This document shows, piece after piece, positions 25,251 through 39,185 of a stretch of 64,000 nucleotides of DNA (the first letter of the stretch is position 1; every line of letters begins with the position of its first letter). Source of the DNA: Phoronis australis (Eukaryota; Animalia; Phoronida). The DNA is taken from positions 203,389-267,388 of the forward strand of contig NMRA01000263.1 in NCBI GenBank assembly GCA_002633005.1, read 5' to 3'. Made by a program: the position numbers and the translations under genes. The notes under the pieces were generated by a model. It did not search any database, was not told the DNA's origin, and saw nothing but the letters and a program-made list of their open reading frames with translations.

Positions 25251-27609
25251 ATGAAGTGATACATGACGGCAGCAGTCAATCTGACAGTAAAAAATGAAAA
25301 CTAGGTCATCCACAAGTCGCCTTCTGTGTGGTGATCTCAGCCATTATCTGAACACCAGTGATGTGCTGGTCGTTGCTAGGTAACAGCAGAATGTGTAAAT
25401 TTGCAAGGCCAGAGTTCCACACATTCCTGGCCAACTCAAGTATAAAGTTGGTTGAAGTACAAGTAGAGAAGTTGAATCATAACACCCTGCCTCTGGTCAT
25501 GCAAGTTAGAAGCTGAACCCTGTTGTTATTGACAAGATACTGATAGTCTAAAGTGTAACTGCTTGCATCAGGATTCAGTCAAGTGAGTCAGCAAGGACAG
25601 TAATGAAGGCAAGTGTGGTCACTTTCATGCACATGAAACAAACTGCACACTGAGGCTAGGGCCCTTGTATAGCAGCCTCTCAATACACCACTACTGTATC
25701 TTTTTAGCCAAACACTAACTTTATCCTTTTCAATAGCAATTAAAGATATTTCTTATCTCTGATGTTTTATAAAAGGGGCATTAAAGGTCACATAAGACAA
25801 TTTGGACAATTACACAAGCACCATAAGAGGCCTACAGTGAGGTAGTCAAGGAGCTATGCTGGAATACCCAGCCATAACAGATCCAGCCAAACACAGCATG
25901 GCTCACAAAGCACAGTATTAATTATCTCTAGCCTGCATATCACTGCTACTAGTAAACAACACAACAGCCACTCGGTGTTACAAGATATTGCCAGATTCGT
26001 TACCAACATAAAATTCCGTCATCAAGAACTGTCTCTTTAAAGGAAAACACTCATACACAGTTAATCTTTTTCTTCCAGTTACAGTGACAAGTTGAGAGTG
26101 ACCTCACTGTTTAATGCCAACTTGTGTAGTATTCTTCCATAGATGCCTCCCATGGCATGGCATCTGCTCTTTCCCAAAACAAATGAGAAAATAACACAGA
26201 AAACTTACATCAAAGCTTTTTTTAACTTTCATGTTCGTGCACATTACAATTACATAACTTCAGGTGAGGCTTATTTTAGTTATGGTGCAATGAATGCTGG
26301 ATAATTAGTGTGAGTCAGGAGCCATGTTTTTCATGGCTGATTATATCTCAGATAATTAAAGAGAGACAAGTCCTACTCACTTTTAAGATTTCACTCTCAA
26401 TAACATTCCTGACTATAAGCTATGATATCAAATGACATATTTAATTGTTAATCTCAAAACATGAGAAAATCAGGGAGGAATCTGGCAAAAACTGACACGT
26501 ACAATGTACAGACATTACTTTTTATACAATCAGTCAATGTTACGCCCTGTCTACACTCTCTGGAGTGTGCAGCCTGTACTTTGGACGATACCACAAGTCT
26601 GTGTTGTCACCACTACATCCACTACAAGCAAATCTCTTAGCAGACCACATTCCCTCAAAAAAGTGCAGACTGCTCTTAAGATTTTGCAAAATTCAAAGAG
26701 AAATATCAGATTTGCTGCAAATTGCCACAGCGGAGAGATCTTGATAGTAAGTACATGTAGAGCCCTACAAACATGTCCAAATTTGGCAAACTTCAGAACA
26801 TCATGTTCTGGAAATGATTGGTTGCCAAAAAACCTTTGAGAATTTTTTTAGTTTTTTAATTGATTGAGTTTTGCATAAGAGCTATCAAAGAATAGGGCTT
26901 TCATGAAATAAATGAAAAACTGTATGAAACAAACCAAAACAACAAGTATGAAAAGTGTAACTGAATTTTTCAGCGTTTTTATCAAATGATATTTGTTCAT
27001 GTAATTGATACAATTGTTATGCTACAATTGCACCTTTCATTGTAGCTAAACTACACAAAAATATGGCCAGGTGACACAATCACTGGCAGCTAGGTATAAA
27101 GTCAAAAATCAAATTTTACAGAAAACATAGATCTACTTTTGTTGGATTAAATTGTTACATTGTGTAGACATTTGGCTGAGTGCTCATGTCCTACCATAAC
27201 CATGATTGCTTCTCCAAAGACTGAGTGATCAAGACTAGTTTATCACCACTTTGTATTTATTAATATGAGGGTGTTAAATCTCCCTCCTTTAATCTTCAAT
27301 TTCATACATAGTAATCTAGTCAGTCTCGTGAATAATTCATAATCAGTAATACCAACACATGTTTGTAGTGTGCAGCTTAATTACCGTATACGTATGGTGA
27401 CACCTGGGGTCCGTTTCATGAAAAGTGACTTACCGGAGCCACGCAGTCATCTGACATTTTTCTTTTTGGTCATCCCTGTTCCAGGTAACAGCATCTCCCA
27501 CCAATAACAGCTGTAGAACACATAGATTGTGTACAGTGTTCTCCATGATATGGTTTGAAAAATCACACCTCCTCATAATTGCCGAAAAGACCTCTTTTAA
27601 TCATTTCAG

Positions 27610-27700
27610 ATAGGTAAACATTCAAATTAACCATAGTAAAGCCCTGGGTGCTTAAATTGGCAACCTTGGAAATCGAGGTGTGGCGCTTACCCCGGTATTC
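27610..27700. mobile_element. Degenerate terminus related to the element end at 1305
   Basis: GCCCTGGGTGCTTAAATTGGCAACCT matches GCCCTGGGCGGTTAAATTGGCAAACT at ~1326. Confidence 0.45.
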
Positions 27701-28674
27701 CCAGGTTGGCTTGCTTGGCAATGAAGAGGTGCTATATATAGAAAAAATTGGTCAACACCTGTTACTCTGGCTTCTGATATGAACAATGCCGGGATTTTTC
27801 TCTACGAGAAAAGAATTATTCTTTTGAAGAATAAATTGGCAGCATAGTATGAGAGGCAGTGATTGACTTTAAACCTGATGTCAATTTTTGAATATTCTTA
27901 ATGCACTGCAGAAGACACTAACAACACAATGTCCCTGGCAAGCACTGACACAGTTAACAAGTGTGACACACATGGAGTAAAATGATTTTAAAATTTAATC
28001 ACGAGCTGAGCGGAGTTCCGTATTTTTGGTTATGACTTTTTAAAAGGCCAAATCCAGGAATGCGATTGCAAATATGCCTTTACTCGTATTTTCGAGCGCA
28101 GATTTTCACCTTTGTCAAAAAGCAGGATAGTCGTATCTTTGCTCAAGTGACTCTTGACTGTATTTGGTATATAACCATCAATTTCATTCAAAAATAAGTT
28201 TCATTTTTCAATGACAATACATACTTTCCAGAAAATGGCGTTCTCGTGAAACTTTTGTCAAACATCTAAGAAAAATGCTGACTTCGTAATAAGAATGGTT
28301 TGTACAAACAAAACTAAATTAAGAGTGTTCAAACAAAAAATATTGTTATTTTGGAAACTTTTGTGGAAAATATTGCCACAAATTCTCAAACTTATATCAG
28401 AAATTACTTGATGACAATTGTACCACTTGAACCATGTTCATAATGCAGTTAAACGGAATACACATACGTACTAGGTTGAACATTGTTGACATGAACAGAG
28501 CTAATTAGGAAAACTTAATATGACAAGCAACCTCCATGTAGACGTCAGAAGTCATCACCTTTTAATTAGGAATGGATTGTCCAAATGCCAAGGTCTCCCA
28601 ACAAAGCTACTATTACATAATAACAAAAATTTAACGAGACATCCTAATTAATCATCTGTCCTCACTTTCACTAC

Positions 28675-29168
28675 AGGGCCTTTCGTACTAACATCGATGC
28701 GTCGATGGTTTGGGGAGTTGCAGTCGGTATGAACGCTTAACTGCCATCCTGGATTGTAGTTAACAGCTCCAGTTAACGTCACAGTTAACAGGTGGATTTA
28801 ACAGCGCAGCATCGATGCTGCGGTGCAGTATGAACGGTTAACTTTGGTCCAATCGAAGTTATCGCCTGGTGCCAATGTTATCGTCAACAGTTAAAGGGTA
28901 GTGCCATCACTAATAGCTGCTTACATTTTGCTCTATAATAACCAATGGATTTAAAAATAAGTTTAATGTCAATTAGCACATGTAAATGTTCCCAAATTGT
29001 CACATTGAAAAAAATCTTAGCTTGCGATAACTTTGATGACGACAGCATCACCTACCATTTACTTCGATGTTCATTAAACTATCGAAGCCAATATGAACGG
29101 TCCAGTTAACTGCGCTGTTTATATCGACGCTCCGCTCAGACCAGAGTTAAGTCAATACGGAAGGGCCT
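28675..29168. mobile_element. MITE-like element (PIF/Harbinger-style ends)
   Basis: Imperfect 18-bp TIRs AGGGCCTTTCGTACTAAC vs AGGCCCTTCCGTATTGAC (14/18); CpG-rich interior with repeated TATGAACG and GTTAAC motifs; TSD unclear. Confidence 0.55.
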
Positions 29169-30881
29169 TATAACTCCTTACATCTGACCCAAGCTCTATA
29201 GATGCCACGAAAACACTTCCCTTACGAAACGGAAACCGCGCATTCCATTTCTGTCCCATAATTCAACATTCCAGTTGAACCGACCAATCATTTCAGAGGC
29301 AACTAACTCGCGGAAGGCACTCTCACAAAACACTAGCCTTTCACTAGTGTGACTTTACATGGTCTTGCGTGATCTGGCTTTTCTTGGGTCTCCAAAACAC
29401 ACTGCTGATGGGCTTGTAACTTTGACATATCACCTTGTTGCAATATTTTACTTGCTAATTACCTATGATTCTTAACATTTTACCATTATCTATTAACCTA
29501 GGCTTAACACTTGTTTTAATGCTAACATTTACGGGTGAGAATAAACACAATAAACTAAATAATATGTCAGCATATTAATCTAGACACCCCTGAGACTGTA
29601 GCCATGTACAGCTACTCATTTTATGACAGCAAACGGCCTAATTCGATTTCCAGTTTTTAGCCAGTCAAACAAGACAAAATGCAGCCACAACGAACGACTA
29701 CATATCAGGCTGTACAAATCTACTGAAGTTGAAAGTATATTTTCCTGTTGTAAGCTAGATTCCTAATGAACTCCCAGTTTCACCGTTGGTTCACAAAGTC
29801 ATGTACCTCCTAACATCATAGCAATTACACAATAAATCTATGAACAGCTGATGAATATGCCAACAACCATCAAGTCAATAAGCCTGACCCTTATCGACTC
29901 TTGGGGATACTTCCATTGTTTCGTTCATTTAAAAAACATTCAAGGCAAGTAAGATGTTCATAACTTACGAACATTGCCCGACTGTACAGTTAAATACCCA
30001 AGCACTATACAGTGAAATAAATTAATTATGTTTTTTGCTTGTAAGACATGACAAGATAGCAGAGAGTCTTACAAGACTATGCTCATTAAAACCAGCTGGT
30101 GTTTTACTGCTATGCAGATAGAACAGTTTAACAAACTCATCAGCTCAGCAATTAGGCAGGTAAAATTAATCTTTCTGTCTTGGGGTGTGGCAACTGAGGA
30201 CGGTCATCCTATTGAATTTGGCCCGATTTAAGCAGGTGAGGTACGCGGACTGCCCGCTGTGAGGCATCAGCTGGTAATGCCACTGTTGGGTGTCCGTGAT
30301 TCAACAGACCCTAAGTTCTCGGAGGCAGTAAACCACAGGGTGTGCACCTTCTTAATTAAACATAACATTTGACCTTTCTTTGTTTAAAAAGATATCTAGT
30401 CCCTTAGGGTAAGAAGTAAGATACTACACAACCAACAATTGAGAAAATCCCAGAATGGATGAGACAACTATCTTACTGTTAAGTATGACAGGAGACACAA
30501 GGAAAATATGTGATATTTGTTCACAGTCTTGCATTCATAACACCATCTGATTGATTGAGCACCTGTCCATGTGACAACTATACACAGCACAGGAGTCATG
30601 TGGATGAAATAAACCCATAGTTAGCATGACAAAAGAAATGCTTGAAAATGTTAAATATTGAGCAGGTCATCCAAATGGGGAACAGGTCATAAAATGTTGA
30701 CAAGTTGAACAGCGAGTAGCCACACCATAACATCTTCTATTCACCGATTGAGAACAAAAGATAGAGACACAATCCACCTATTCCAGCATTTCAAACACAT
30801 CAAATTTATGTTGAATTTTAAAAGTAACCTTAGCTAAAAGAGTTCACCCTAACAAGATGTGTTAGCAGTTTCATGTACCGT

Positions 30882-31055
30882 ATAGTACCAGGCAAGGGTG
30901 TAGTACCAGGCGAGGGTGTAGTACCAGGCGAGGGTGTAGCGTCAGGCAAGGGTGTAGTACCAGGCGAGGGTGTAGCATCAGGCAAGGGTGTAGTACCAGG
31001 CGAGGGTGTAGCGTCAGGCAAGGGTGTAGTACCAGACGAGGGTGTAGTACCAGGC
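30882..31055. repeat. 18-bp minisatellite (GTAGTACCAGGCGAGGGT)n, about 9 copies
   Basis: Direct periodicity; explains ORFs 30830..31090 and 30873..31139. Confidence 0.95.
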
Positions 31056-32457
31056 GTTACATTCCTGTTTCTACAACCACTAGACACCACAGCTTATAGT
31101 CAGCTGGCTACTGTAATGTCATACCACTACTTCCTGTAGTTAAACATAGGCTATGACCACAAACCCTCCAACCAAAGTTTCACTCAAGACAAACTGTTTA
31201 AACCAACAACCTTTGTTCAAACCTGAGACCTTGACCACACTAGACACCTTGGATCACAACAGACCAGATGAACACCAAAATCCATAGTCAAGTCCTCAGT
31301 ACATTTGTAAGACTAGACCAAAAGTGAGGAGACAAACTGCAGTTTCCACCAGTCTTCATTCTGGGGTCCAAAGTTTAAATCTCACAGAAGGACAGCATTC
31401 ATATGCATTGTACTCATTAAGTAATGCTCTGTGATTAGTTAAATTCTCACACTTCACACAACTGTCAACCCCACAAAGGGAGCCTCACAGTCCTTCTCCC
31501 ACCTATCACAACAGTGCCCATGGTGGGCTAGTTCTACACAATAAAAGTTTACATTGTAGTCAATCACCAATATTGATCTGTGGCTTGACCAGAGAGCCAG
31601 TCATACAACCAGGGATCCATTACACAGGGCCACAGGATATCCATTGGTGAAACAGTGATCAAATCCCATGATTATTAATAAATCAATTGACAGAGTGAGG
31701 ATAATAAACCATTGAGTGTAATTTAGTGTGAACATTGAACCAGAATATTGTTCTAATGTTATGCAATGATTGGAATGCAATAAAACATTGAAAACTGCAA
31801 AGTGGTGAGAGATCCACTCCACTGCTATTTTGCCAGAGATGAAAATTGTAAATCTTGTTTTTACACCCAGACATTTTGGCTTGAGGAATGAGTTCTAAGA
31901 CTCAGTTAGTAACGAGTGTTAGAAAAGCTCACACAATTAAGCAAGATAAAGACTTTTCATGCCCGGAAAGATCTTCTCATTCTCAGGAAAATCTGACATG
32001 TTATCTTGACAGACACCATTGTATAAAAGATCATGACCATAACACATCTCTCCCGTATTGCCCAGGGCTTGCTATTTAGCACAGGCAATGTGTTCGTTTT
32101 TGTCCATTATGCTTCTATGTTTATACCAAATCATTTTTCGTGTACACTTTGAAAAAAGAAGCACATATATTCTTCAACTACACATTTAAGTTTACTTTAA
32201 AAATAAACTTAATTAATACCTTGGTTTTGTTTCAAAATAAAAAAATTGCAGGCTACTTGGCTGGGCCCATTGCACTTATCACCTGGAACCATTTTTATGC
32301 ATATTAACATATAGATAATAGTTTTGTTTTCAAGTTACACATGTTTTAATCATGTTGCTTTATGACCATCATTTTAGGCAACTGTCTATTTTCATCATCA
32401 TGGGCACATTTCTTCAAATACCTAACATGCTTCCTATCAAGTTAGGATGCCTATACC

Positions 32458-32930
32458 CAGGGCTTTATCCAGGATTTCGAAAATTGGGTGTCCAAAATGG
32501 GGTTTCCAATATTCCAGGGCGTCCATGATTCCCACACGTAACCCCCCACCCCCAGCAATCCCCCCAGACACGCACATTTTTCACAAAAGGTTTTTACATT
32601 TAAGTTTACAAAACAGCCTTCTGTAGTGAGCATTTTTACTAAAAAAAATGTAGACCAAGAATTTTATAATGCTATCAACCAAGTGTGAGCACAGCAACAT
32701 TGTATATACTTTGTATATGCATTGTATATGTCTTCCTGCTTTGAAAAAACAGCCCCACTGTGAGCCTTCAGAGACTTCCTAGTATTCCTTACAATCTGTG
32801 AGTCCAAACTTGAAAGGTTCATATTGACAGTGGGCCTCCAAATGATACATTGGGCTTCCTTGCCAGGGCCGCCAGATAAGTACTAGGTCGTCCATTTGGA
32901 CGCCCAGGATGTACGCTACATAAAGGCCTG
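32458..32930. mobile_element. hAT-type non-autonomous element, 473 bp
   Basis: TIRs CAGGGCTTTATCCAG / CTACATAAAGGCCTG; 8-bp TSD CCTATACC / CGTATACC. Confidence 0.8.
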
Positions 32931-33895
32931 CGTATACCTTTAACATATTTGGTGATTACGAACACAAAAGACAATACCTGGACAACCGAACACTTAGTCT
33001 CAGGACCATGTTTTCTCTAAACAACTCTGAGTTTCTTAAGCACACGAGTTGATTTGGCAACCTGCAGCTCGCCAATACAACCACAAATTTTGTTTGGCGA
33101 CCAGAAAGCATTTGCTGAGTCAACCTTACTCCTGCAACTTCCACAAGCACAAACATATTTGTTCAAAACTATCAAATACTGCTTATACAAATGCATGTCT
33201 AAGAACGAGCCTTATCCATGAAAACTTCTAACATTGCTTGGAAAATTCGGAAGTCTTAATTTTTGGAAGTTCACGTTTTGGGCTGAGAGACATTCAAGAA
33301 AATCCTAGAAGTCGAAACAATTTTGTAGCTATTCGAATAAATAAACAGAAGTGGCATATTCTGAGCAAAAATTTCCATAACTATAGGAGTTATAGAAGTA
33401 TCCATAAACAAGTTCTTTAGAAAAACATGGTTAAGTAACCACATAATTAGTTCCTTCAGCCACCAGGGATTTTAAGAGTTTGTGGATTCAATTCATAAAA
33501 CTAAGTATGGCCCATGAAGAGGAAGGTTGTCTTTTTCTTCAGTCACTCTCCTTCTTAAGGCATCAAGTCCACCATGAACACTCACTGTCTCCCTCTTCAG
33601 GCTTCAGGCCCGCCACGAGCACTCACTCACTGTCTCCCTCTTCAGGCCTGCCATGAGCACTCACTGTCTCCCTCTTCAGGCTGCCATCAGAACTCTTTCC
33701 GTTTCATAATGGAAAATTTGGGCATGACAGATTATTTTACAAATTTTTTAATCTTTAAAAGGACGTGATTATTTGATAAATTTCAAGTTGATCACTTGTC
33801 ATCACCATCAGATTTCTCTTACGGTAACCATGGTAACCATGGTACCTAAACTTCCGACAAAGTGAAACCTTCCTTCTGCAATATACCTTAAAAGC

Positions 33896-34220
33896 CCATG
33901 GCTGGAGGAGGGTGTTGTAGACGGTCATGGCTGGAGGAGGGCGCTGTAGACGGTCACGGCTAGAGGAGGCCGCTGTAGACGGTCACGGCTGGAAGATGGC
34001 GCTGTAGACAGTCATGGCTGGAGGAAGGCTCTGTAGACGGTCACAGCTAGAGGGGGGCGCTGCAGACGGTCACGGCTAGAGGAGGGCGCTGCAGACGGTC
34101 ACGGCTGGAGGAGGGTGCTGTAGACGGTCACGGCTGGAGGAGGGCGCTGTAGACCGTCACAGCTGAGGAGGGCGCTGTAGACGGTCATGGCTGGAGGAGG
34201 GCACTCTAGGCGGTCATGCA
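33896..34220. repeat. 31-bp GC-rich minisatellite (CACGGCTGGAGGAGGGCGCTGTAGACGGT..)n, about 10 copies
   Basis: Direct periodicity. Confidence 0.95.
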
Positions 34221-37200
34221 AGAGCTCACCACTTTACTCCAGAAGATCCAACTATCATACAATTTCGTTTTGGATGCAATGTCACTTTAGTAAAATGAAT
34301 GTTTCAGAAACCGTACACTTTTATGCAAATGGTTTTAAAATTCACAGTATGTCATATTGTGTGTTAAATTGGTGGTACTTTACTATAATTGATACATGTC
34401 ATTGAAATCAATCATTACAAATTCTAGTCATGGAATCGCTTCTTAACAGTATTGACCAGATAAGAAGAGTATCAGCACAGGTGTGCAAGTGATATTTAAC
34501 TATTACATAGTCACAACTGATATAGCCACAGCTGTTTCGCAGAATCCCCCAGAAAACATTGGACATCAAAAACTTTCAATGCAGGAGTGAATGACCTGAA
34601 AATGACATTCACTAAGATGGGACTTGAAGGTCACTAGTGACTGTGAAACTAGGTCACAATGGGAGAGTTGTTATATTTATCAGTTACAATGTCTCTGTAA
34701 ATTTACCAACTAGATAACAGCCTCCAGGAATCTTCACCACTGTCTCTGTTAACATACTGCCTTGCAAACTAAAGAAACTTGCAGAGATGTACAAAGCCAG
34801 GTGGATCGAGAATTATCGGAGGCCACAGCTAGCTTCTGTATAGCATTGCAAGTAAATTGTGTGCATTCTGAAATGCTAATTAAAAAGAACGATCACAAAC
34901 TCACTGCTAACAACTGTAGAGCAGGGTAACAAGACAGAGGCCTGCGAGATTTCAAACATTTTGACAAGAACAGCCAATTATGGCTCTGAAAACAACATTT
35001 GTAGGATCATTAAACCTTGCCATGCTGGGAGAGTTATCTGACCTAACCCAACATTTTTGTTGCAATCTATATTATATATATACGCACGCAGTGTTTATCT
35101 GGATTCTGTATGAAACATTGTTCTGAGACTTGCATCTCAGAAAAGCCAGTCTGGTGAAGCAAAGACCACAACCTATCCTTCTGTTATCAGTGCTTGGTTG
35201 AGAGAAGTGTTGTTTTTTGAGATTACCCAAGAACATTGAAATATTAACATGAAGTAGTACTTGAGCTAAAAGCACTACTCAGCCTTCAACCAACAAAACT
35301 GATACAAAGCGTCAACATATCGATTTGCCAAGTTTTTTTCATTAACACATTACAAAGTTGTAATAACCAGATCTAATAATCAAAAAAGCATATTGTTAAT
35401 CGTTTGGAAATATTTTTCGAAAAATGTTGCAGTGTTGTCCACAGATTGTTTTCACTCATCATTTGTGTCAAGTTTAAATTTTGTAGAGCAAGTTTGGCTT
35501 ACTTGTTTGCGTAGAGTTAGAAAATCTATAAGAGTTTAAACACTGAGAGATTGGTCATTTCTTCACTCACAAGTAAGGATATTTTAGACAACTGGTGCCA
35601 GTTCAATGCTTTATTCCAAGACTAAACACACAAATTCCACATAGTATGGAAATGGACAACACTTACCAGTACAGGAATTTTGTAATTCCAGTTGGGTTTA
35701 TATTTTCAGTTGTATGTAGAACACTGCACTGTACATCTAAGCAATACTGTAGCTTCACTGTAGGTACAGAAGTCATCATCCCTTACAATACTGTGGATTC
35801 ATAGTAGGTACAGAAGTTACCTTTGGTTACATGAAGCAGTACAGTAAAATCTCACCAATTCCAGACAAGTAATTTCTGAAATTGATCGTGTATTGTTTCG
35901 TTTTCTAAGGCTTTTAACATTGTTGTGATTATCCCAAATTTCTCACAACACAGTCAGGTGATGATTATGTTCTTGAACTTATACAGCGCTAGACACTTAA
36001 CCGATGCATTTCGCGACTTGGTGAAAATCCCAGGACGCTAATGGAAATAAGAGGTGGCCAAAACTGACGTAGCGTCAATTAAAAAGAAAGGGTGTGCCGT
36101 TCTCAAAACTTACGCGTACCTCTTCAATTTCTTCCGCAAAAATATGTACCATTCAATCTCTAATTCAAATCTTCCTACCAACGAAGATAGAACGCATACA
36201 TCGCAGGCATATCGGACTTGCCTGATTTTTTGCCAAACAATTCCAACTTCCATCTGCTTACTTCCTGTTGCAATTTCGTGTGTGATGTGTGCGGACTGCG
36301 GTGGTGGCAAATGCACTGATTTCACAAAATAAACTGAACAATTGTGAACCAAATATGTTAAATCTAGGAAAACTATCAGTAATTTAAAGTTTGAAAGGAA
36401 TTTTGGGAGAATTAGCCTCGAACTTTGATACTCGCAGTGGCAACTTTATTGCGACTTGGTATTTTTCCAAAGTTGCCAAACACAATTTACTTCCAGCTTC
36501 CCTAAAGCTGTAGTTAGCTCCTTTTAGAAGACTGTGCTGCAAAAAGAAGTTGTGATATTCAAACATACCAAAACACTAATCACACAACAGTCAGCTTCAC
36601 ATCTCTGTGGGGGCCCTGTTTTACTAAGGCCTGCTGTGAAAACTGCAGGATTGGTTTCTATAGCAATCTATGGCATCTGAGAATAGCTTTCAAACATTCC
36701 AATGTTAGATATGAAGTATTCAAAACAGGAGACACACTGCATGTCTACTCCTCATCAACCAATGATCAACCATCAACAAAGACAGATCAAAAAGTATGAA
36801 CAGATAAACAAAATCTCATTTGACAAATGTGATGAAATCAGCCACATGCAAAATTAAGTTGACAATTAATACTACTCAAAAAGAGATTTAGCTAGAAACA
36901 GTTCAGTTAACGTGCCAACTCAGAATGCCCAATGGGCCATTTTACTTAAACATATTTTGAATAACAAACACATTTGTAAAAACATAAATCTTGGTAAAAA
37001 AATTCAGCATGAAAAAACATGCGATGGTGCAAAAGTTCAAGAGGAGGCAAAAAAGACTATGAAAGGCTAGCAGGACTAGTGTCACTTTCTCATCAGCAGC
37101 ACGACTTCCATGTTTCAAGGACTTTTAGTCAGTGGGAAAGTGTAACTCCCGGAGTAAAATATCGCAACTCCTCTCAAAAGGTGGATGAAACTGTGAAGCT

Positions 37201-37942
37201 GCACAACTCAACTTCAATTTGATGGGAGTGGTTACAAGCAACAAATATATTATATTGAATCAACTATGCCACCTGGTGTTTAATCCTTAAAACTGAGGGT
37301 AACTATGATGTTACCAAAGAGACGTTATTAGTAGCAAAAGGGGTGAAGGGTGTACGCTAATGGGAAAGCGATGTAAGACTGAGCCAGTTGTCCACCAATA
37401 GTAAGTTAATAAAATCAGTGTGATTCTCCTTTGCTCCTATCCTTGAGGCTCATTAGAATACCAACAGTGCACAGTCTAACTCATAATACATGCCCTCCCA
37501 GCCAATAGTACAAAAGTTTGGCCTACAGAAAATATATTTCCTGAGAAATGGAAGCAAAGGTCATGCTTTCAAAACAGCAGAAAATGTTACTGCTAATCTG
37601 TGTCAAATCATGACAACAGTCAAATTACAAAAGGCCACTTACGCATTAAAATCACATGTGATTACTTTCATGCTGATCTGCAGAAATTTAGTTACCATTT
37701 GTTTAATTCAACCCATTCGATGGGAGATCCTTTTGATCAATAATTAATATTTGACATATTGTACGTAATCAATAGTTCTCTCCAAATGGATGTGCATAAT
37801 TATTTCACAACTGCAATAAAATACAAATATGCTGTGTAAAAGACAGCTCACCAAACCTAGTAGAAAAAGATCACAGACGGCATAGATGAAACAATGCATT
37901 CTCAATTATTGAATGATTAATTCAAGAGAATACAATGAAAAT

Positions 37943-39185
37943 GAAAGCGCTCGGAGGAGCGACACTTGGCGAAATCAACGAAAAAAAACGACGGCGGAAA
38001 TGACAACGACAATGATGATTATGATGACGATGATGAACTATATGAGAACATCAATGTGCCGAACTAAGATGCCACAAATGAGTAACAAATAGGCTATAGT
38101 CTTGTTCACTAGAGGTAAACCAACAACAGCAGCAGAATTGGTCAACAAAGGGACAGCATTACAAGAAATCTCCAATCATTCAAAAAGTAGATGTCCTAGA
38201 AGAAAAAAGGAAAATATTTTTTGAAAGCCCGTTGAAAACTCTATCTAATGGTATAGGTTTACCAAATTCCGTAAAGTTTTCGAAAATTGCGTTTTTTGGA
38301 AACTCAAATGCAAATAACTCAAAAGAAACTAACACCTGAAAAGTTTCAGAGCAACTGGTCCTACAATGCGCCCTCTACAGGACAAAACATTTTTGTCCCA
38401 AAATTGAGGTGCGCATGCGCAATGGCCGATATTTAAGCCATTTTCAATGGGAAGTGAATGATTTCCAGTACATTAGTAGTACACGTCAGCAACAATGCTT
38501 GTGCTGATTTTCAATTGCTTATGTCAAAAATTGCGGCCTCCATGAGCATTTGAATCTGAATTCGAAAACAAAATGACCACCACGTCCGCCATCTTGAATC
38601 CAATCACGACCAAAAACAATATGGTTCAAGTACTTCCGGGACTACAGGGGGTGTAAAAACTTTGTGGAAATCCAACGAAAAATGTGACCTGTAGAGTGCG
38701 AATAAACAAAAAAACAAACTGAAAATGATTAGTTCGCCAATGCACCCTCTACAGGAGAAAACATTTTCGGCCAGATATCGAGGTGCGCATGTGCCATTGC
38801 CATTATTTCTGCCATCTATGACCGGAAGTTAGCGATTTATGGTGCAGTTGTAGTGCTTGTATGCTATAATGATCGTACCAATTTTCAATCCTGTACATCG
38901 AAAAATGCGGCCTCTATGAGCATTTGAAGCTGAAACCGGAAACAAAATGGCTGTCACATCCACTATTTAGAATCCAATCATGACCAAAAACAATAAGCTT
39001 CCAGGACTTCCCGATCTACACATCGTGTGCGAATTTCGTGTGAATAGGATGAAAATTGCAACCTGTAGAGTGCAAACAAAAAAAAGAAAGCGCTACGAGG
39101 AGCAAAACTTGGTGAAATTAACAGATAAGACGACGAATTTCGCCAAGCAATTAGTGTCAGAGCAATATACTTGGCGAAATCACAA
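37943..39185. mobile_element. HINE/Helentron-like composite repeat with a 374-bp core dimer and a 3' hairpin
   Basis: Head motif GAAAGCGCT..GAGGAGC...CTTGGCGAAAT at 37943 and 39076; 374-bp tandem dimer 38364-39080; terminal stem ATTTCGCCAAG...CTTGGCGAAAT at ~39137-39180; GAC/GAT microsatellite. Confidence 0.5.

Noticed and set aside
30830-31139. Elastin/mucin-like ORFs (GVVPGE / PSPGTT)
   Set aside because: An 18-bp minisatellite is open in frame on both strands by arithmetic; no exon evidence
33896-34220. GGAGGGCGCTG in the 31-bp minisatellite as a CTCF array
   Set aside because: Only the 3' half of the motif matches; the CC..AG core is missing
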